DNA of 63,965 bases, filler included, from Octopus bimaculoides (lineage: Eukaryota), in NCBI RefSeq assembly GCF_001194135.2. It is 8 parts of 7 records of this genome, joined end to end, with 100 filler letters (N's around TTAATTAATTAA, not from the genome) between each part and the next. Parts side by side here need not be neighbours in the genome. Positions count along the whole stretch, not along the records: positions 20,775 to 40,739 come from NC_068984.1; positions 40,840 to 53,577 come from NC_068984.1; 6 more parts are not named here. One strand, written 5' to 3'. This document shows positions 39,828 through 52,609 of the stretch, piece by piece. Both the position numbers and the translations under genes were made by a program. Position 1 is the stretch's first letter. Every line of letters begins with the position of its first letter. The notes under the pieces are model-generated. The model was not told the origin of the DNA. It did not search any database and was given only the letters and a program-made list of their open reading frames with translations.

Positions 39828-40514
39828 AACAGACTTCACAGCGATTTTTTAACCCCAAGAGGACATCTTGTCTAGTTGGTTAATGATGCACAGCTACATG
39901 TGGGATATTACAAGCAGGGGAGTAAACTCCTACCACCTTCTGGCGACGAGAACAGCAGACCAGCCAGGTTTCGGGCTATTTCTGCCTCTCTTCAGTACTG
40001 GACACCTCGTCTGCTAGAGATGGCAGTAGCGCTTCTGCTCGAAATATATATAATTTCAAGCGATTTAGCCACAAGCAAAAATGATAGTTCTAACAACTCT
40101 CTAAGAGATCAACGCAATAGTCGCACTAACATGTAATGTTCGTAGTCACTTCAACATCACTGTCTGTTCGAACAGACTTTTTGGCGATTTTTTAACCCCA
40201 AGAGGATATCTCTAGTTGGTTAACGATGCACAGCTGCGTCCGAGATGTTGCGAGAAGGTGAGCTAACAATACAGACGAGAGGCAGAAATAGCCCGAAATC
40301 AGGCTGGTCTTCTGGTCCCGTCACTGGGGTGGGGGGTCACTCTCCTACTCTCAAGGTCTTGGATACAGTTGTACATCGTTAACCAGCTAGAAGAGATGTC
40401 CTCTTGGGTTTAAAAAATCGCAGTAAAGTTCATCCGAAAGTACAACCATGTTGAAGTGACTAAGAACATTACTTGTTAGTAAAACTTTTAGAGAGATTTG
40501 AGAACTAGCATTTT
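39828..40514. repeat. Compound foldback element: about 160-bp inverted arms (40077-40235 / 40357-40514) plus an upstream partial copy (39828-39990)
   Basis: Block gcgattttttaaccccaagagga.atct..ctagttggttaa.gatgcacagct occurs twice forward and once reverse. gaccagcc...ttcgggctatttctgcctctc occurs once on each strand. Confidence 0.75.
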
Positions 40515-40839
40515 CGTTTTATTCTTTTATTCTTTTACGTGATTCAATCATTTGACTGCAGCCATGTTGTAGCACCGCCTTTAGTCGAACAGTTCGACCC
40601 GAGATTTCTATGTAAACCTAGTACACATTCTATCGAACTCTTTTGACGAAGCGCTAAGTTACGGTGACTTAAACACACCAACATTCGTTGAGCGATGGTG
40701 GGGGGACAAACACAGACACACAAATACATACATATATATNNNNNNNNNNNNNNNNNNNNNNNNNNNNNNNNNNNNNNNNNNNNTTAATTAATTAANNNNN
40801 NNNNNNNNNNNNNNNNNNNNNNNNNNNNNNNNNNNNNNN

Positions 40840-40887
<48 letters not shown>

Positions 40888-41635
40888 TGCACACACAGAC
40901 ACAAACACGCACATACACATGCACACAAAAATGACATCGCAATTTAAACCCATACATACCAAAAAGAAGGAAAATCGTCCTTTCTTAAGACGTTCATCAC
41001 AACTTACAAACCCTTTAACACGTAACTGGTTAGATTCTAAACATATTGAAATGTCATTCAACACAATACACACACACACACGTACACACACACACACACG
41101 TACAAAAACACACGTACACACGTACACACACACACACACACACACATACACACAGAGCTAGACATAACACCCATCTAATAAATACTTTTAAGCCACTCCT
41201 TCGGCAGTAACCCACAGAGATGTTTTTAGACAATAGACAACTACAATCCCTCTCTTTCTCTCAAACACCTTGAACTCTATACCAAACTATATTTGAAGGC
41301 TTCAACGAACAAAACTCCAGGCATGTTTTGTCCACCAAACAGAAGACAAACTGTTTTAACAACAAATTTTTCTAAATTTTTATTAATATTTGATAAGATG
41401 AAATTCATCATCGAAACCGTTAATATTTTATACTTTCTTTATATAATTTTAAAAGCATTTTATCAATCATTTTCTAAATTGAGATGTCTTAGATTTACTC
41501 CTGAGCTGCCTCCATCTACATCTTTTATATATAAAAATTTGTTTTGTATAGATCTTTAATCTTTCTTCAACTGCACACACACATATATATTTATATATGC
41601 ATATACATATAGATATACGCATGTACACACACACA

Positions 41636-41713
<78 letters not shown>

Positions 41714-42573
41714 CTTATATGTGTGTGTGTGTATGTGTGTATGAATGTATGTATTTATGTATGTATGTAAATGAATAATACAAGATGTAGATTCAGGGAA
41801 TTGTGCAGACATTAAGATGAGCTCCTCTTCACGGACTCGGTTAACAGCCCACACAGTAATCCATTACAAAGAAGAGTGTTTATGTAACTGAAATAATCCA
41901 GAAGATCCAATCGATATCAATCCGTTAAATTTCTATTTAGCATTTTAACATGTATGATATGAAGCAATATTCCTACTTTATTGACCAAATCAATTTAATA
42001 TTGTCCATTCGGCCATCCATACACTGTATATATAAAGAGGAAATATAATGTGCATATTTAGAATTGAATCTTTGATGTTACAATGATGTTTTGTATATCT
42101 GATGAGCTAGCTTTCCTTATTTGCATTAATTTGTGAATATGCAATTATATTGCATAATGTTGTGCATACATATTAATACAGAGATATATACATAATTTCT
42201 TTCACATATGAAGAAAGCTGTGAAACAGTCGTAGGCCAAAAGGAAATCACATGGTTAAATAAATATATATTCACCTCTCATACCTCCTGACTTATGGATG
42301 TAGTTACGCGTGTGTGCTTGCGCGCATACGTAACATATATCACGACTGCATGGCAATTCAAAAACCTATTCAGTATAGTAAAGTATGATATAAATAATCT
42401 TGGTCTGCAAAGAATGCATGCTGTGGTGATTGAATGCATAACTGCTTTAGACATTTTCAAGCAACTGTCGCTTAACCCTAGACGCTGGAAAAAAATGTCA
42501 CAGCTATAATAGAACTGCTTAACAGCTCATCCGAGGTGAGGATTAACGGTCGCCAAACTAACAATAACATGCC

Positions 42574-42668
42574 GATATGCAAATTAGATGTTTTAACGAT
42601 TCACAAACAAAAGCCAATATGCAAATTTTCTCTTAGCGCTTGTCAAGCAAACGACAATATGCAAATTG
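42574..42668 (+). promoter_or_regulatory. Cluster of three octamer (ATGCAAAT) motifs, candidate POU-factor enhancer
   Basis: ATGCAAAT at 42577, 42619 and 42659, each in (G/A)ATATGCAAATT context. A reverse octamer lies at 42119-42126. Function untested. Confidence 0.35.
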
Positions 42669-43003
42669 GAAGTAAATTCGATATCGGCGCTGCGCTGTTG
42701 AGAATATAGGGTATTTCTACTGACATTATTTCACAAGACTATATGTGAATTTGAAATGTACAAGATAGAATTTACAATACTGACATTTTATATTTCATTC
42801 TATATTTCTCAGTGCGTTAGTGATTTTGTAATAGATGTCAAACTACACAATATGTAAAGTAGCAAACACCTCTGTGTCATCTCAGCAATATTTTCTGCAT
42901 AGCTACAAGGTGTACGTAATTATGAATATTTATGTGCAATTACGTTTAAGCACGACTCTCTCTCCTCTCTTCTTCTGCCATTTCCACTTTCACTGTCAGT
43001 CTA

Positions 43004-43034
<31 letters not shown>

Positions 43035-43510
43035 GTCTCTGTTTCTCTGCATATGCGCACAAACACACACACACATGTGAGTGCTTGTATGTGTATTTAT
43101 ATATATATATATANNNNNNNNNNNNNNNNNNNNNNNNNNNNNNNNNNNNNNNNNNNNNNNNNNNNNNNNNNNNNNNNNNNNNNNNNNNNNNNNNNNNNNN
43201 NNNNNNNNNNNNNNNNNNNNNNNNNNNNNNNNNNNNNNNNNNNNNNNNNNNNNNNNNNNNNNNNNNNNNNNNNNNNNNNNNNNNNNNNNNNNNNNNNNNN
43301 NNNNNNNNNNNNNNNNNNNNNNNNNNNNNNNNNNNNNNNNNNNNNNNNNNNNNNNNNNNNNNNNNNNNNNNNNNNNNNNNNNNNNNNNNNNNNNNNNNNN
43401 NNNNNNNNNNNNNNNNNNNNNNNNNNNNNNNNNNNNNNNNNNNNNNNNNNNNNNNNNNNNNNNNNNNNNNNNNNNNNNNNNNNNNNNNNNNNNNNNNNNN
43501 NNNNNNNNNN

Positions 43511-44110
43511 TTAATGCTGAGGCTGCCCCGACGCTCGAACGAACAGAATAATAATCGTCGAAACGATGGCCGATCTAGTTAAGATGCATCTCTTTCGAAC
43601 TGGGACCGGGAGGGCAGTGTCGGCATATGCAGACGACGCCGTCGTCATGGTGTCGGACGCCTGCGAAGTGGAGACAGCCGGGTGTATTGCAAAAGAATAT
43701 GAGTCGGTTGCAGGGGTCAAAATCAACACCAACAAGTTGGTGGAAATGCGACCGGGAACCTGGAGAATCAGATCGTCACCGTCGGATCATTTTGTCTGAC
43801 GCTGGACTGACGGACCCGTTAAACGGCTCGGGGCCTGGTTCGGTTCTGGCCTCAAGGTGGATAAGAATTGTAACGAAGTGATGAAGAGGGTGGCGAGTTT
43901 TTCCCAGAAATAACCAGAGAGTAAGTTGTTCCTGAAAAGTCGAGCAGAGGTTGCGAATGCCAACATTACCTTCGTCATCATTTATCGCCTGACCACCGTG
44001 TCTTGCCCAAATTACTGCTTGATTATGTTGGAGCGCTCACTGTGCTGCCATCTTCCTCTGCGTGGCGGCTTTGGCATGCCATAGCTTTTAATGCGCAAAC
44101 ACGGGATCTT
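43511..44110 (+). mobile_element. L1/Tx1-clade LINE reverse transcriptase relic
   Basis: VSAYADDAVVMVSD...YESVAGVKINTNK...WTDGPVKRLGAWFG...LKSRAEVAN...IYRLT..CP, then PLRGGFGMP. Confidence 0.85.
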
Positions 44111-44676
44111 GCTTGTCTCAATCACAGAATCTGCATTATTTTAAAGGAAGTAAAAACATCTGAAAATGGGTTATATTGATGCAGTTTTCCATGCTTATTC
44201 CTGTGACGCCATGAACTTGTGGAGAAAAAAATTTAGCGTAAATGTTTGAAACGTTTAAAAATCGAAAAAAACTGTGTATTTGTAACCAATATTGAGACAT
44301 AAATTTTCTGCGTTGCATCGGTGTCAACTTAGCGGTGTCAGCTTTAAGGTTGTACCCTGTGAAATTTATAGTTTAGCGTCTGTGAAATGAATTGTTCATA
44401 GAAGGTTTCTAAATAAAGATCTGCTTTTGTCTCTTCATTGATTTCTATAGTGTTTTGTATGTCTTTATCATTTAAAAAAAAATTGTTATATTAATGTTTC
44501 CCTGTATGTATTTGTGCCACATTAGACATTACATTTGTACTTTATGAAGCCATTGATTTATACACACGGAATCAATATCGGTTGCGTATTTCAGTATAAT
44601 ATATACCTGTCATGTATTTGTGTACTTCAGTAATATATATGTGCATGTGGATGTATGTATTCGTGCGCGCGCGCGT

Positions 44677-45238
44677 GAAAAAGGGACGTCTGTCTCAAAA
44701 ACCCCAAGTTTGAATAACATTTTCATGCTTGGATTTGTAAATTACGATAAGAATAATCAATCCAATAAACTTTCTAAATTCAACAGAATACATTTCTCTC
44801 CACTTATCTTTATAGACCCAAGTTCCTTCGGCATTTGTCCATATTTGGATTATTTCCAGGAGATTTGCATTCATGAACAGTATAAATGACGAAAGAGCTG
44901 AATCATAAGACCTACTTGCAAAATGGGAAGGTCCAGGCTGTTGATGTAAAGCATTGTAGGGTGGAGTTCTTCTTATGTCCTTTCAATTGTGTTCTTCCTG
45001 CATCCTTTCAATTTCTGGTTTATCCTTCGAACAATACTTTACATGCATCATTGAAGGGTTTGAAGAATCATTTATGTCAGCATTGCTGTCATCATATCCG
45101 ATTCTGATTTAGTAATACTAACATGATCAGTTTCATTTTCGTCTTCGGCAGAAGATTCATCAGAATAATTTTTTCCCATTCTTTATGCAAGTTGGATAAC
45201 AATTGTGAAATCTCATCAAGGCTTAGCTTTTGACGCAT
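44677..45238 (-). mobile_element. piggyBac transposase N-terminal relic
   Basis: Acidic N-terminus then QQPGPSHFASRSYDSALSSFILFMNANLLEIIQIWTNAEG...W..FRKFIGLIILIVIYKSKHE...DRRP, a PGBD4-like pattern. Confidence 0.8.
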
Positions 45239-45879
45239 TGATATTATATGGAAGGATTACAACTATATACTTGCTGAATTATGATGCAATGGTTCATAAT
45301 TCATTCAAAGAGGATGCAATACTAATTGTTTGTTTCATAAAGATGATGCACTAAATAGTAGTATTGTATCATCTTCAAATGTCATAGTAAATGCTATTAG
45401 AGATCTTTGCAAAGCAGTATGGAATGAAGTTGTGAAAACTAACCTCAAGATGCTGAGCCTTACAGAGGAGGTGACAATAGAACGGGGTTGGGGGGGGGGG
45501 GTTGGCGCTCTGCCGTGCTTAAGAAGACCTGCTAGTAGCAAGCAGAACACCTACCCAAAATCTGGTCACGGAATTTCACCGTCCTGTGTACACCATGCAT
45601 GCAACATGTTTTGTAACTCCATAGTCCTGTATCATATTCTGAAGTGCTTTTGTTAGAAAACAATGAAAATGAATGTCAGTTTTGTATTTGATCAAAAAAG
45701 TTCACCCATGACTAACTTTGAAATGTTTATACTTTGTTGCATTTGGGTGGATTTCCAAAATCTAGAATCTTGATAGGATAATAGATAAAAATGGAAAAAG
45801 ATCCAAGACGTTTAATCCACAACTGTTAAAAGAACTGTATTCTGCATTCCAGAACAATAAAAAAGGTAAGTCGTTAAAT

Positions 45880-46565
45880 TAGTCAATAGTCAAGTTGCAG
45901 CAAGTCTAATAGAGAGAACGAAATGCAATGGTAGGTTTCCTTTGTTCTGGCATGTGGCGTGTAGCTCTTGCATGACCTTAATTGCTCGCTCACAGCATTC
46001 ATTGCTTCTGTTGATGTTTAGTTTTGAGGGCTCTTGTTTCCAGTGATTTGTCAAGCATTTCAGAGGAGATTTGTAGGGTAGTACGGCTTGCGATAGCTTT
46101 GTATAATCTTCAGCTCTATACACTTCGTAACTGAACTAGTGGTCTGCCCAGTCATATGAGATGAACTGGCAGACCATCTGCAATCTCTCACATGTGGCAT
46201 GCGGAAAAATGCAAGAAGGGCTAAGATTGCTCACGAAATCCATCTGGCACTACTGATGTTCGGAGTTTTCTAAAATTTGATGAAAGGTATGTCTCCCGTT
46301 TCATGGAAGAACCTGAAGGCACGGATTAAGTGGAATAGAAACTTTATATAATCTCTCCGACCAGCTTGATTTTCAGCAATATGAATTTCATTCTCGAAGG
46401 AACCTTGGAGTTCTTCATAACTTTCGAGTTCTTTAACAAGAAAATATTCGATGTTGGGTGAATTGCTTGCGCCTGCTAGGTCCTCATCCATAAAAAATGT
46501 GCAGGACTCAGACATGTCCAAGACATGGTGTTGGTAGTTCACGAATTGTGCCTGTAGAAGAAACC
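45880..46565 (-). mobile_element. Decayed DDE transposase, C-terminal part (hAT-related family with QHH, ARW and CERAIK motifs)
   Basis: YQHHVLD..MDEDL..SNSPNIEYF...IKF*KTPNISSARWIS*AILALLAF...NRSNECCERAIKVMQEL. The superfamily assignment is uncertain. Confidence 0.6.
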
Positions 46566-46574
46566 TCACTGGCC

Positions 46575-46855
46575 ATCAGAAACCGAATACCACTCAAGAA
46601 GATTGTTGGTCGGTACCAATCTCTTGGGAAATCAGTTAAAGTCAGAAAGGAGACAGTAATGGAATTATCAAGAGAGGTGACACTACTGTGGAGAGATAAA
46701 CTGAATTTTCCAATCATTTCCAAGCTCGAAAATGTACCTCATTTGTATGAGAAATGCACCAAAATAGGAAAATGTGAGCCATTAGAAGAGCTGTCCAATA
46801 TCACAAAAGCTCGTGAGGAAAGGCTCAATGCTGATGACAAAATGCTGTACGCCAT
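46575..46855 (+). mobile_element. Probable N-terminal part of the same transposase family, opposite orientation
   Basis: KIVGRYQSL...ELSREVTLLWRDKLNFPIISKL...LEELSNITK...DDKMLYAIQ resembles the EVxxxWxKxxIP...LFDI...EDxxxxxxQ N-terminal pattern, from memory. Confidence 0.45.
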
Positions 46856-46859
46856 CCAA

Positions 46860-47330
46860 CTCCAAATACAGTGTTTAGGCAAGCAAATAAATACAAAAGC
46901 TCAAGGAAATAACCCTGATCTGGTCACTGGTACATGATGGACTATGATATAACTAAGAACAAGGATTGCAGTGATTTCAGATTCACCAGAACTCACAAAA
47001 CTCATGTGTTACTTGGATTACAGAATGGTTCACAACAAGGTACTTATTAAACCATATAGAAAGAGGCCATTGAAATCAAGTTTACTTCCGAGAATAAAGG
47101 TCACTTCTTTAAAAAAATTCAGAAAGGACAAAAAAGTTTAAAGTACATTTAAATTCAAAGCTTACAGATATAGAGGAATGCCTGAAGTGTTGTGGCACAA
47201 TATTCGTAACAGCATCAAATCATCTGCTGAAGTAGTTCTAGGATTTGTGAAACACAATCACCAACAAGAACGATTCTCAAATTAAACCTCTCCTAGAAAC
47301 TTTGCTCAAAAGACACAAGAAGGCGACTTG
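46860..47330 (+). mobile_element. RTE-clade LINE endonuclease-end/linker relic
   Basis: NTVFRQANKYKSS..P*SGHWYMMDY...CYLDYRMV...WHNIRNSIKSSAEVVLG..KHNHQ, frameshift, KNDSQIKPLLE. Confidence 0.8.
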
Positions 47331-50300
47331 ATTACGGACATTTGCTTGTGGCATTGTACATATCAATGATAGTTAGCAGTGTGTATTAATTGCGATGTTG
47401 GTGTAGTTGGAGATGAAGCGATGCTTTTATTCGTAGTAGTGTAGTAGGGAAACTGATATTGTTGACTTAGGCTTTTGTCATCGCTACCGTTACTAAATGT
47501 AGTTTACTTTGAGCAGTCAAATTCTCCATGCACATGAAGCAAACTTTTCGATAGCATTACAGATTAGCTACAAATCGGTTGGGACAGGAGATCTGTGATC
47601 AAAAACAAAAATGTAGCCGTGGCTATCACCTCTTTTCAAACATATTTCAAACAGAGAGTATTATGCAATACAAGGTTAATAGAAGGGTAAATAAACACTC
47701 TTTTTTCTGTACGTGAGACTGCATATAAGTTCCCTTTTTGGCAGGAAAGTCTCTTATAAAGGCTGAGAAATAAAAATATAACATTTAAGACCTTCCGAAT
47801 ATCATTGCTACAGAAGCTACAGGAAATTACGTAAAATGGGAATCGGAGATCGTGGTATCAGATGGTTGGAAATAACATCTAATTTGCACCAATTGCCGCT
47901 TTATTGCGAGAATATACTGACTTCTTTTGTGTTGGTCAAAATATGAAGAATTGATTACTATGAGAAGTGTTACATGCCTCACCTTACATGATCCATGGAG
48001 AATGACGATGTGTAAAATAGAATTCTCTTTATTGTAAACATCCGCACAACCTTCAAGACAATGGATAGTCAAATAAGATTCCGAAGTACAAACCTTTACA
48101 AAAAGATTTGCTGGAATTAACTATCGCTTACTGAATTTATACGGATACCACTCCAGAATGAATTATTAAAGCTGTTACATGCTTTATTCCTACGTTCTCT
48201 ACATGTTGCACTGATTTTCATCATATGATCTAAAGACATACAAGCGTAATCTTTCCGAAAACTAGGATTTTCAGATTGTAGCGAAAAATGTAGTCCTTGA
48301 TATGCAAAATATATAAAAAGACGGAGTATTTATGTTATAGGATTGATCAGCAACAACAAAAATTTCAAAAGACTCAAACAAAAGAGGATCTCGAAAGACG
48401 CGAAAAAATAGTTCCGTTCACCAAGTCTAGTATGGAATTAACGGAACGTATTGTCTAGAGAGTGAGTCAAGCGAATCTAAAAAGATAATTATTAGATATG
48501 CCACATCACCAATATACTTTTGAGCAAACACATACGTACTACGGTAGAAGGGAAGTAAAATACCAAGTTGTGACGTTTATGCATCTTTTAAGAGCATTAT
48601 TGTGAAGAAGAAATTAAACTAACACCATCAAGGAATCAGAACCAGGTCGTATTCTAAAACCCCACCTTGCCCAAATTATAATAATTATATATATTTACGC
48701 ATAGACATGTGTGTATTAGGGTATACATTCTTGTGTGAGTGTGTGTGAGTGTGTGTGTGTGCGTGTGCGCGTGCGTTTGAATGTTTTTGTGTGCATGTGT
48801 AGATGTGTTGATGCTTCTGTGTGTTTGTACTTGTGCATGTTCGCGAGTGTGTATGCATGTATCAATATGAGTGCGTGCTTGTGCGTATGCGTGTGCAGTC
48901 AGAATAATTTGACGAAATCGAGACACCACGAAACGGTGAAGTAACAAGTAACTGTCAACCTATTGTATTTTATGTTTTATACTTTTCGTATATTGATTGA
49001 CTGCTTTTACTGTTAATGATCGAATTTCCGCACGTATGATTTTCTATAAAACATACACCACGCACACACACCACACACACATACACCACACACACACACA
49101 CACACACACGCACGCACACAATGGTTGGAGTGTTGGCCTCATGATCGTAAGATTACGATTTCGATTCTTAGACCGCGCGATGCGTTGTGTTCATGAGCAA
49201 AACACTTCATATTACATTGCTCCAGCCCACTCAGCTGGAAAAATGAGTTATAATGCTTTTCGGATGTCATGAGTATTTCAAATGATCCCGACTAGATGTT
49301 CCTTCAAGCATTTCTAGTGTGTAAACTATTTCCCCCAAATAATCAAATGTCATAAACTCATAGGAAAATGATGTGATAAATATTTTTACAAAACTTCACA
49401 ACTTTGTAAATCTTTGTGAACCACCCAAAATGCCAACATTCCTCACATTTTCTCTTGTAAAATTTTAAACGTTCTTTCCTAAATTATATTTTCTTAATAG
49501 TATTAATAACAAAACCAATTTTGATAGAACGACAACTTAAAGTAAACAAAACATCTCTCAACGATGATATATATGTGTGTAAGTGTATGTATTTCTGTCT
49601 AGACACAACCACAAGCAAGTATATACGCATACTGTGCTGTAACTATAGATGTATGATTATGAGGTATACATGCAAATATATGGAATGTTTATATGTAAAT
49701 ACACGAAGTCTTCTTGACAGGCATACATATGTCAGTTGTATTTCCCTACTTTGATAAAGTGATAATGGGTTTTACATTTCTAAACGTCCAGATAATATTT
49801 TATCAGTTTTTCTTATCTATCAAACATTAAACTTTAAATATTGAAAATATTATATACACGCACATACTTGTATGTGTGTATGTATGCATAACTATCACAT
49901 AGTTTAACTGTAGGTAAAATATAAATCTAAACACATTCTTTCTGTGCTACGATGTGCGCTAAAGAGAAGTCGTGAGTCCTCCTTTAATCTGTAGCGCGAC
50001 TTTTTAACCGTTCTTCAGAGAAACGCACCCCTCCAATGAATGGCATGGAACAGATGTCATAGAAAACAAGTACAAAACAAACGCTGGACTAGGTTACCCA
50101 ATCTACATATCTGTATATTTGATAGCTCATCATTAATTATACAGGATCTGTTTTATGCATAATGCTTTATAAATAAGGACAGAAATATATTTTAATATTA
50201 CAAAGCACAAGGAAGGCAGTGAGCCGGCCGAATCGTTAACACGCAGAGCAAAATGTGGTATTTTGCCTGTCTTTACGTCCTGAGTTGAAGTTCCACCGAA

Positions 50301-51269
50301 GTCGACTTTGCTAGTTACTTCGTGGTCGATAAAATAAGCAGCAGTTGAATGCAAATGACGATGTAATCGATTACCCTCAACCTCGAAATTGCTAACCTTG
50401 TGCCAAAATTTGAAACCAGTATTATAAAGCCTGACTGGAGGTGAAATGACAATGTAAACACATTTTTGTATGAGTATGATAATGGTACACTGAAAAAAAT
50501 ACGGGTCACGTTCTGCGTGAGTGAATGTGTGGATTTTTGTGGGTGTGAGCGCAATTGCCCATGTGCTGGCAATGACTAAAACCAGAGTTTGGGCAGTTTT
50601 GACTGCAAACCAACCAGCTCGAAAACTTATACAATACTTCCTTCAAATATTTGTAGATTTGGAGTCAAAGGAACGAGAAGAATCCAATGTGACATCAAAC
50701 AATGCTCTGTGGTACAAGTTTAATAGCAATAGTCAATTCCAGGAGACAGTGTATGAATCTTTCATAGACCCTTTTATTAGTCTTTTAAGATGGTTTTTGA
50801 TTAGACAGTAAAACGTTTCCTGCATATATTTTCGTTTCAAGGAAATTATTGTAACCCCAAAAACCTCAGGGCAATGCACATACATTTTATTACTACTGAT
50901 AAACCATTGTATTAGTGAATTTAAATAAATTTTAATGAGTCAAGCGTCATATATTTCAAAAGAATCCACATAAAATTCTCAAAAGTCATTTCTAACCTTT
51001 TCTTAAAGGAAACGACATTATGTATGTATATATATATATATATATATATATACGGCAATATAAAACATAATTGCTGGTAATCTGTGTTATAAAATCGCAT
51101 ATTTTCTAGCCGTTTACTTGTGCTTCGTAGTTCTGTAGCAACACGTGACGGTGTATAATGATACATGAAAATTTGTATTGCCATGCAAGAATACTGTCAT
51201 ACGTTTCATGATTTTACAGAGTATTGCTTTAAACTAAGGCTGAATAAATTCACTTTCTCACCTCTTCAG

Positions 51270-51305
51270 TGCAGATAGATTGGGTAGGCGATAGCCTATT
51301 TACAG
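51270..51305 (+). CDS. Candidate 36-nt symmetric (phase 1-1) microexon
   Basis: ctttctcacctcttcag|TGCAGATAGATTGGGTAGGCGATAGCCTATTTACAG|GTAAAT. Only one frame is open (xQIDWVGDSLFTG). No homology recognised. Confidence 0.3.
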
Positions 51306-52218
51306 GTAAATTTTTTCATTGGCGGTATTGAAATCCAATAGATCTTTCACGAAGGGTTACCAGTTTTTACTAATGAATCATGTACATCATTGTACAATAT
51401 TACGTTACATGTTCGATGAGTATAATCAATAATGGAAGCAGTCTTTAAAATAAACATTGAAACTTTATTTCTTAATTCAAAACAGCAACCTTACACGTTA
51501 CTGATAACTCTTTTGAAAAACAAATGAGGCAAACATGAAAATTAGATTCCTCCAAATTTGCATGATTTGTTCTGCTCTTTTTCAACTGTGGTGACACTTC
51601 CGGATATATTTCCGACATTCTTAGTGAAACATCATCTTAATCGTGAATAGGAGAATAGAAACGATAAAAAAAAAACACTACTGATTTGCAAACTTAAAAC
51701 AATGATATACAAAGATTTCTTCGCAAGGTGTAACTAAATGGTACTCAATGTAACTAATGTAGTAAGACAAAAGTGTTGAGCAACGAAAACTACACTTTTA
51801 ATGAGAAAAGGATTGAAGAAACTTAAAGCGTTCGTTATAGACACCATTCTTAGCAAAAATCGAATTGACTCTACTGCATGTCCAGATTTAGTTTTTGATC
51901 AATTTGGAAATCGAGGTTGCTCTGAATCCTCTTTCTTCATCAGAATTAAGATTAAATATAATGATTTTTTATGTTCATTATAGGTGAAATTTTAATTAAT
52001 TGAAAATATAGTATTGCTTGGCTGCATTAGAGGTTAGCTCTTTCCCTAATTAGCTACACATTATTATACAAAAATCCTTGAGAAAATTACCTATCTATTT
52101 AAACGTATGACCACGAAGTGATGTGTGTAAGTATGTGTTTGTATATATGCAATGTAAGTATGCATTTAATCATGTGTATATATGTATGAGTGTTTATATC
52201 TATATACTTACATATGCA

Positions 52219-52249
<31 letters not shown>

Positions 52250-52296
52250 GTGTTTGTATATTTATATATGCATGAATATTTACATTTATGCATATG

Positions 52297-52327
<31 letters not shown>

Positions 52328-52554
52328 CTATGTATGTGTATATATATATATANNNNNNNNNNNNNNNNNNNNNNNNNNNNNNNNNNNNNNNNNNNNNNNN
52401 NNNNNNNNNNNNNNNNNNNNNNNNNNNNNNNNNNNNNNNNNNNNNNNNNNNNNNNNNNNNNNNNNNNNNNNNNNNNNNNNNNNNNNNNNNNNNNNNNNNN
52501 NNNNNNNNNNNNNNNNNNNNNNNNNNNNNNNNNNNNNNNNNNNNNNNNNNNNNN

Positions 52555-52609
<55 letters not shown>

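Noticed and set aside
45790-45872. Segment ending in a perfect AAG|GTAAGT donor
   Set aside because: It lies inside the transposon cluster, lacks a credible acceptor and encodes an unrecognised peptide.
47600-48200. Possible second, very decayed piggyBac (…NKIPKYKPL…)
   Set aside because: Similarity is too fragmentary to support by eye.
50521-50811. 96-aa ORF (…NNALWYKFNSNSQFQE…) as an upstream LamG exon
   Set aside because: Weak splice sites, no phase-compatible strong donor and only vague LamG similarity. Needs RNA-seq.
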